Positions 59,373 to 64,000 of a DNA stretch of 64,000 bases are shown here, one piece after another. The position numbers and the translations under genes were made by a program. The notes under the pieces are model-generated. The model saw only the letters and a program-made list of their open reading frames with translations, searched no databases and was not told the origin of the DNA. The number at the start of each line of letters is the position of its first letter. The stretch's first letter is position 1. The DNA is taken from positions 512,001-576,000 of the forward strand of contig CM000435.1 of the NCBI GenBank assembly GCA_000165345.1, written 5' to 3'.

Positions 59373-59793
59373 ATGGTGAGTTGTCTTTGGAGAAAACAAT
59401 ATATAAGATCACTATTAAGCTAGATAGCAGGTAAATAAACTATTAAGGACATTTAGGCCTATCTTTGATAGGGTACTGGTACAGAGAATACATCCAAAAG
59501 CTGTCACGAAAAGCGGAATTTTACTTCCTGAGTCAATAAATAAGGGAGGCAAAGGTTTCTTTATGGCAAAGGTGTTGTCAACTGGAACTGGGAAAATAAA
59601 TCAGTTTACAGGTGAATATAATAAATGTCTCTTGAAACCCGGAGATACAGTGATTGTTCCAGAATATGGTGGAATTCATATTCAACAATTTTACGAAGAA
59701 GTTAATCATGGGACTTCATTAGATTTAATGGTTTATAAAGAAGAAGATATTTTGGGTATTTTTGAAAACGATAGTAAGAATAATGTCAATTAA
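59373..59793 (+). CDS. HSP10: 10-kDa chaperonin (Cpn10/GroES-type), two exons; exon 1 is the ATG only
   Basis: Exons 59373-59375 and 59431-59793, with a 55-nt intron GTGAGT...gatagcag; 121 aa. The product M|VNKLLRTFRPIFDRVLVQRIHPKAVTKSGILLPES...GDTVIVPEYGG...YKEEDILGIFE shows the GroES fold signature. The in-frame codon just upstream of exon 2 is TAG, so splicing is required. Confidence 0.8.
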
Positions 59794-59833
59794 AAGCTCT
59801 AATTAAATTTTTTTTCAAAGAGTGTTTTTGTCA

Positions 59834-61072
59834 CTAAAATTCTTTCAATTCTTCTTCAAGCTTTTTATAATCTTCTAATTCAGCCTCAATAAATCCAATA
59901 TTTTGTTTTGATTCCACAATATTGGTAACATTTATGGTTTTTTTACTAAAGTTCGGCTCTTTTTTTGTATTTTTTAAAAATTCTGAAATATATCTGCCCA
60001 TATTTGAATTTTCATCAGTTTGAATTCCTAGTATTTCACATAGCTCTTTAACCCAGGAGATTATCTTGGTTGTACATCCAATAGATATCTTCTTTCTTTT
60101 AGTTTTCCTTTCTAATGATTTCAATAATGTTTTAATCAATACATTTACATAAAACAAATAGTCGTTTTCTGACTTTACTTTGCTTTTCAGTAGATTAACT
60201 GACGTAACAATATCATATACTGCTACTTTGTTTTTCTCTCCAATTTTATTATTAGATCCTTTCTTTTTTTGCTTAAGGCAAGAAATTCTTATACATGGTT
60301 TAACATTATCAAATATTTGTTCATTAGTTGAATTAAAAATAACATTTATGGATGGGAAAATGTTATTAAAGATTTGAGAATTTATATCCGAATTAGATTC
60401 GGATTTTTTATCAAACATTTTTTCCTTAATTTTTTTGTACGCGTACATTGCATGGTTACTCTTTTTATTATTAATCTCCCAATTAGAAATGATTTCAAGC
60501 GTCTTATTTTCAGCAGCTTGAAATGGATTTATTAACTTTATATCAAGGGTCAAATTCTCAATATTTTTATTTTGATTGTAAATCAAATATATTTCTTGAA
60601 ACAACTCAATTTGGTTGTTTTCATCCAAAGCGCAATATTCAACCCCACTTAAATTAACAAACTTTCCCGATAACAAAATAGAACTTTCATTAGTTGCACC
60701 TCTTTCTATCATTGAAACTATTTTATTATATCCATTTGCTCCATGAAACTCTTTATCGAAGCCGTTTGTAAAGCTAAGCAGTTGGTATGCATTATTAATT
60801 GTTGGAATTGAAGAGCATTCTACATCCAATAGCCTATCTTTGCATTTTTCACAGATCCCAAGTTCTAAATTAAAAAAGAGACGGGTGTCTACTCTTTCGC
60901 ATATTAACACATTTTTGCATCCATCAAAAGTGGGCAGGACTTCGGTATTTTCATTGCTTTTTGTAACTTTGTTTAAAGTTTGGCTTGATGAGTTTAAAAT
61001 ATTAAAAAGTATTAGTTGATACAAAACCAAGATATAAATGCTTCTAAGGTGAAACAAATACAGTGTTTTCAT
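59834..61072 (-). CDS. Signal-anchor / secreted protein, unknown function
   Basis: 412 aa from the first ATG (the track start at 61108 is TTG). Hydrophobic N-terminus MKTLYLFHLRSIYILVLYQLILFNIL. No family recognised. Confidence 0.5.
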   Translation of the reverse strand: MKTLYLFHLRSIYILVLYQLILFNILNSSSQTLNKVTKSNENTEVLPTFDGCKNVLICERVDTRLFFNLELGICEKCKDRLLDVECSSIPTINNAYQLLSFTNGFDKEFHGANGYNKIVSMIERGATNESSILLSGKFVNLSGVEYCALDENNQIELFQEIYLIYNQNKNIENLTLDIKLINPFQAAENKTLEIISNWEINNKKSNHAMYAYKKIKEKMFDKKSESNSDINSQIFNNIFPSINVIFNSTNEQIFDNVKPCIRISCLKQKKKGSNNKIGEKNKVAVYDIVTSVNLLKSKVKSENDYLFYVNVLIKTLLKSLERKTKRKKISIGCTTKIISWVKELCEILGIQTDENSNMGRYISEFLKNTKKEPNFSKKTINVTNIVESKQNIGFIEAELEDYKKLEEELKEF

Positions 61073-61459
61073 AACTGGGAAAAATAAAATAATCCTTAAT
61101 TTGACCAATACTTAGAAATCATATTTTTAGATACCTGTATCCGAATTGAGCGCCACTGCAAACCATGCACCACAGTCGGAAATCGCTGTTTAAATTTTCA
61201 TTAATTAGAGCTGTCAAGTGCTAATTTTACACAAATTAGAGACAAATGATTTATAAAAAGGAAATTAAAACAAATATCTTAAAATTATATGTAAAGTTCC
61301 TAAACTATAGTAAGGATACAATTACAAATTATGATTGATATCCCAGACAAAGCTAAATATTTTTGAAAATAATTGATGTCAATCATTGATATGTTCCGTA
61401 TATTCCTTCCGAGTCATTCATTAAAAGTCAAATATTTTGACCAAGGTTAATCAAAGTAG

Positions 61460-61807
61460 TCACTCTTCACCTGCTTCGTTACTAATATTGAAGTACCTAA
61501 CTTCATAGGAACCTTTGCTTGTTGCAACTACACGTAGAAAGTCTCTAATTTGTTGTTTCTTAAGGTATTTCTTAGTTAGATACTTTAGGTATCTCTTTGA
61601 CATTGGAACTTCGCTCAATACAGTAATACGACCCTTTTGGCGAGAGATCTGAATCTTCGTGCCTAGCTGTCCGCACTTACCATCCACTTTTATGCGATCA
61701 TGGAAGAACTTCTCGAGCCCAGATGCATCGATGATATTATCTTGCATAGGAGCAGTGCAGTCAACAATGAAACGTTGAGTTTTATGAGCCTTTGTTATAG
61801 GAGCCAT
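61460..61807 (-). CDS. RPL22: 60S ribosomal protein L22 (eL22)
   Basis: 115 aa from the first ATG (the track start at 61837 is TTG). [20 protein letters not shown]...[14 protein letters not shown]...[12 protein letters not shown]...VRYFNI matches eL22 over its full length. Confidence 0.9.
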   Translation of the reverse strand: MAPITKAHKTQRFIVDCTAPMQDNIIDASGLEKFFHDRIKVDGKCGQLGTKIQISRQKGRITVLSEVPMSKRYLKYLTKKYLKKQQIRDFLRVVATSKGSYEVRYFNISNEAGEE

Positions 61808-62429
61808 TTTATCTCTATAATCAACTTGAAAATGCAATGATAATAATTTTAGTAAAATCTCTATAAAAAATTATCCGACAAGTTTTGTACAATTCTGTAT
61901 AGGCAGCGAAATTTTTCACTACCAAAGCTTAATTCATTAATTTGATATAAATAACTATTATATTCCATTTAATTAATTAATAGTTAGCCGCTATACATTA
62001 ATCTCGTCTCTAATTATTTTTGCGCCATTTATTGTTCAACTTTTAATTATTAAAATAAGACTTTTTGTTATATTTATAGACAAAAACGTGGTGGTACCCA
62101 TAACTTGGGCGCCTTAATATATCTGAATAGTAGTTTATGTTGGGGGAAATCATCATAGGCAAATTGAATATTTTTGAGATTCCAAGTTAAAATTATAAAA
62201 TTTGGATAAGACATTCGTTTTACAAAGAAATTTGGTTCGTATTTTTATATCAGCGTATGAATCTGTATATGAACAAAATTCGTGAATGCAGTATTTTTAT
62301 TTCCAACTTGATGAAGAGTTGAATGCTTTCAAGTATTAGAATATAGCTATCCAATTTTATCCGCATTAATCTCGGAGTTGCAACAATTATTATCTTGTAT
62401 ATTAACAATATTTAAGCTCTCTTTTCAAA

Positions 62430-63812
62430 ATGTTAAACATTCCAAGTACGGTTGACGACCCTAACTATCGTTACAAGATGCCTAAATTGGTATCAAAAAT
62501 TGAAGGCCGCGGAAATGGTATTAGAACGAAAATTGTTAATATGGCAGATATTGCTAGATCGCTTAAAAGACCACCTGCATACCCTACGAAGTTTTTTGGA
62601 TGCGAACTTGGTGCATTAAGCAAATGGGAGGATAAGGAAGAAAAAAGCATCGTAAACGGAGCACATCAACAGAATGATCTCCAACGGTTAATGGACAAGT
62701 TTATTCAAATGTATGTCCTATGCCCAAATTGTGAGCTGCCTGAGATTGACATAATTGTTAAGAAGGAGCGTGTTAGTTGCAAATGTAATGCTTGTGGATA
62801 TATTGGAGCATTGGATAACAATCATAAAATCACCACATATATTTCAAAGAACCCTCCAGGTGGCGTTGAAAGTACAATGGGAAGTAAAAACAAAAAGGAA
62901 AGGAGGGAGAGAGATAAGGATCGCAGTTCTGAGGGCTGCAATAATAGTAATGGCTCTACAGCAGCTGATAATGAGAAACCGTCTAAACATAAATCTAAAA
63001 AGGCAAGTAAGAAGAGCAGCAAAAAATCTCCCCATGAGTTAGATATATTTGAGAAGGATGTCTTGACATTTGAAAGTCCAGAGATAGTCGATGTTATTGA
63101 ACGCCTAACCAATTTCATGCAAAAGAATGAGGAGGTAAGTCCCGAAGACTTTTTTTCCGAGTTACGGGTCTTGCAAGTATCACAAGATTTTGATGAATTT
63201 ATGAGGTTTTCTGTATTATTAGCTGTGCTATTTGGATTGAAAGATCCAATTGATCCAAAAGTATTTAAATTAAGGATCCCTTATATTTCAAAAGCCGTAG
63301 AGGGTTCGTTAAGGTCAAATGCAATTATTTCTATATTTGAATCATATTGTGTTGAAAAGAATCCAAGCACATTAGCAACATATCCATATTTAATACAACA
63401 GCTGTATGATGCTGATATTTTATCCGAGAAAGTGATCTTGAAATATTATCAAAAAGATGCTCCAACATCTTGGGTATCTGGATGTTCTACCCAAGACACA
63501 TTTGAAAAGGCTAAAAAATCTTGTGAGCCGTTTGTCGATTGGTTGCTCGATGGTAGCAACGATGAATCTGATCTGAGCGATGAAAACAATGATGATTATG
63601 ATACAAATAACTCCGATATTGACGAAGACGATTCTCATTCGCCTGTTAGGAGCTCTCGAGTAAAGGTCAAAAGCTTGAATCTTTCAGAAAAACTTGATAG
63701 TTATAAGTTTGAAAGTTGCTCTGGTTCTGAGGATGACGGATCTCTAACTAAAAACGTGGAGAATTCTCAGTCTCAGAATAGTGACTCTGACCTTGATATT
63801 GACAATATCTGA
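62430..63812 (+). CDS. EIF5: Translation initiation factor 5 (eIF5)
   Basis: 460-aa ATG ORF. N-terminal eIF2beta/eIF5 domain (DPNYRYKMPKLVSKIEGRGNGIRTKIVNM, zinc ribbon CPNCELPE...CKCNACG), a basic linker, and a W2/eIF5C domain with an acidic tail. Confidence 0.9.
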   Translation: MLNIPSTVDDPNYRYKMPKLVSKIEGRGNGIRTKIVNMADIARSLKRPPAYPTKFFGCELGALSKWEDKEEKSIVNGAHQQNDLQRLMDKFIQMYVLCPNCELPEIDIIVKKERVSCKCNACGYIGALDNNHKITTYISKNPPGGVESTMGSKNKKERRERDKDRSSEGCNNSNGSTAADNEKPSKHKSKKASKKSSKKSPHELDIFEKDVLTFESPEIVDVIERLTNFMQKNEEVSPEDFFSELRVLQVSQDFDEFMRFSVLLAVLFGLKDPIDPKVFKLRIPYISKAVEGSLRSNAIISIFESYCVEKNPSTLATYPYLIQQLYDADILSEKVILKYYQKDAPTSWVSGCSTQDTFEKAKKSCEPFVDWLLDGSNDESDLSDENNDDYDTNNSDIDEDDSHSPVRSSRVKVKSLNLSEKLDSYKFESCSGSEDDGSLTKNVENSQSQNSDSDLDIDNI

Positions 63813-64000
63813 TTGGGTTGTTATTAGCATTAGTATTATTGATGAACTTTGAATTTAGATAGCTATTTTTAATACTTTTAAAACTTATTAACGTCGTTAA
63901 TTACTTATCCTTCTGTATTGGTTTTTTCTGTCACTTATTTTGCTACTATTTTATTGTTCACAATTCATTCTGTTTTACTTCAATTTGTTACTTTGATGTT

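Overview
This window looks like a eukaryotic chromosome core, not a prokaryotic one. It is AT-rich (roughly 30% G+C by eye) and very gene-dense, with short intergenic spacers and a few very short introns. I resolved 18 introns of 43-83 nt; nearly all start GTAAGT, GTGAGT or GTATGT and end in AG. Composition, gene content and intron style fit an apicomplexan of the Cryptosporidium type. That attribution is inference from the sequence only.

I can support 39 protein-coding genes on both strands. Most are housekeeping genes:
- Ribosome and translation: uL2, uS3, eL22, ubiquitin-eL40, eIF5A, eIF5.
- DNA and RNA metabolism: FEN1, CDC6/ORC1, TDP1, RuvBL2, SF3A1, PAT1, Rrp45, FCF1.
- Trafficking and ER: Sar1, p24, EB1, a CCDC47-like protein, an OST5/TMEM258-like protein.
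- Mitosome or mitochondrion-type factors: an MPP-alpha-like protein and Cpn10.
- Other: guanylate kinase, a stand-alone thioesterase, several signal-peptide proteins of unknown function, and two giant proteins (2266 and 2223 aa).

The supplied ORF track writes M at TTG starts, so I re-set several starts to the first ATG. Eight genes had to be assembled across introns that the track cannot show.

I found no rRNA, tRNA, CRISPR array or mobile element.

The most unusual locus is a 1.1-kb ORF-free spacer (16646-17739). It contains a G+C-enriched, hairpin-rich island (about 17040-17620) that carries two 10-nt matches to the TTTAGG/CCTAAA telomere repeat. I propose it as a candidate non-coding RNA, with telomerase RNA as the leading but unproven hypothesis.

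Other points of interest:
- a bipartite promoter motif shared by translation-apparatus genes;
- two genes whose first coding exon is the ATG alone;
- a 7-exon signal-peptide gene;
- an OTU-like domain with Ser in place of the catalytic Cys, inside a giant signal-peptide protein.
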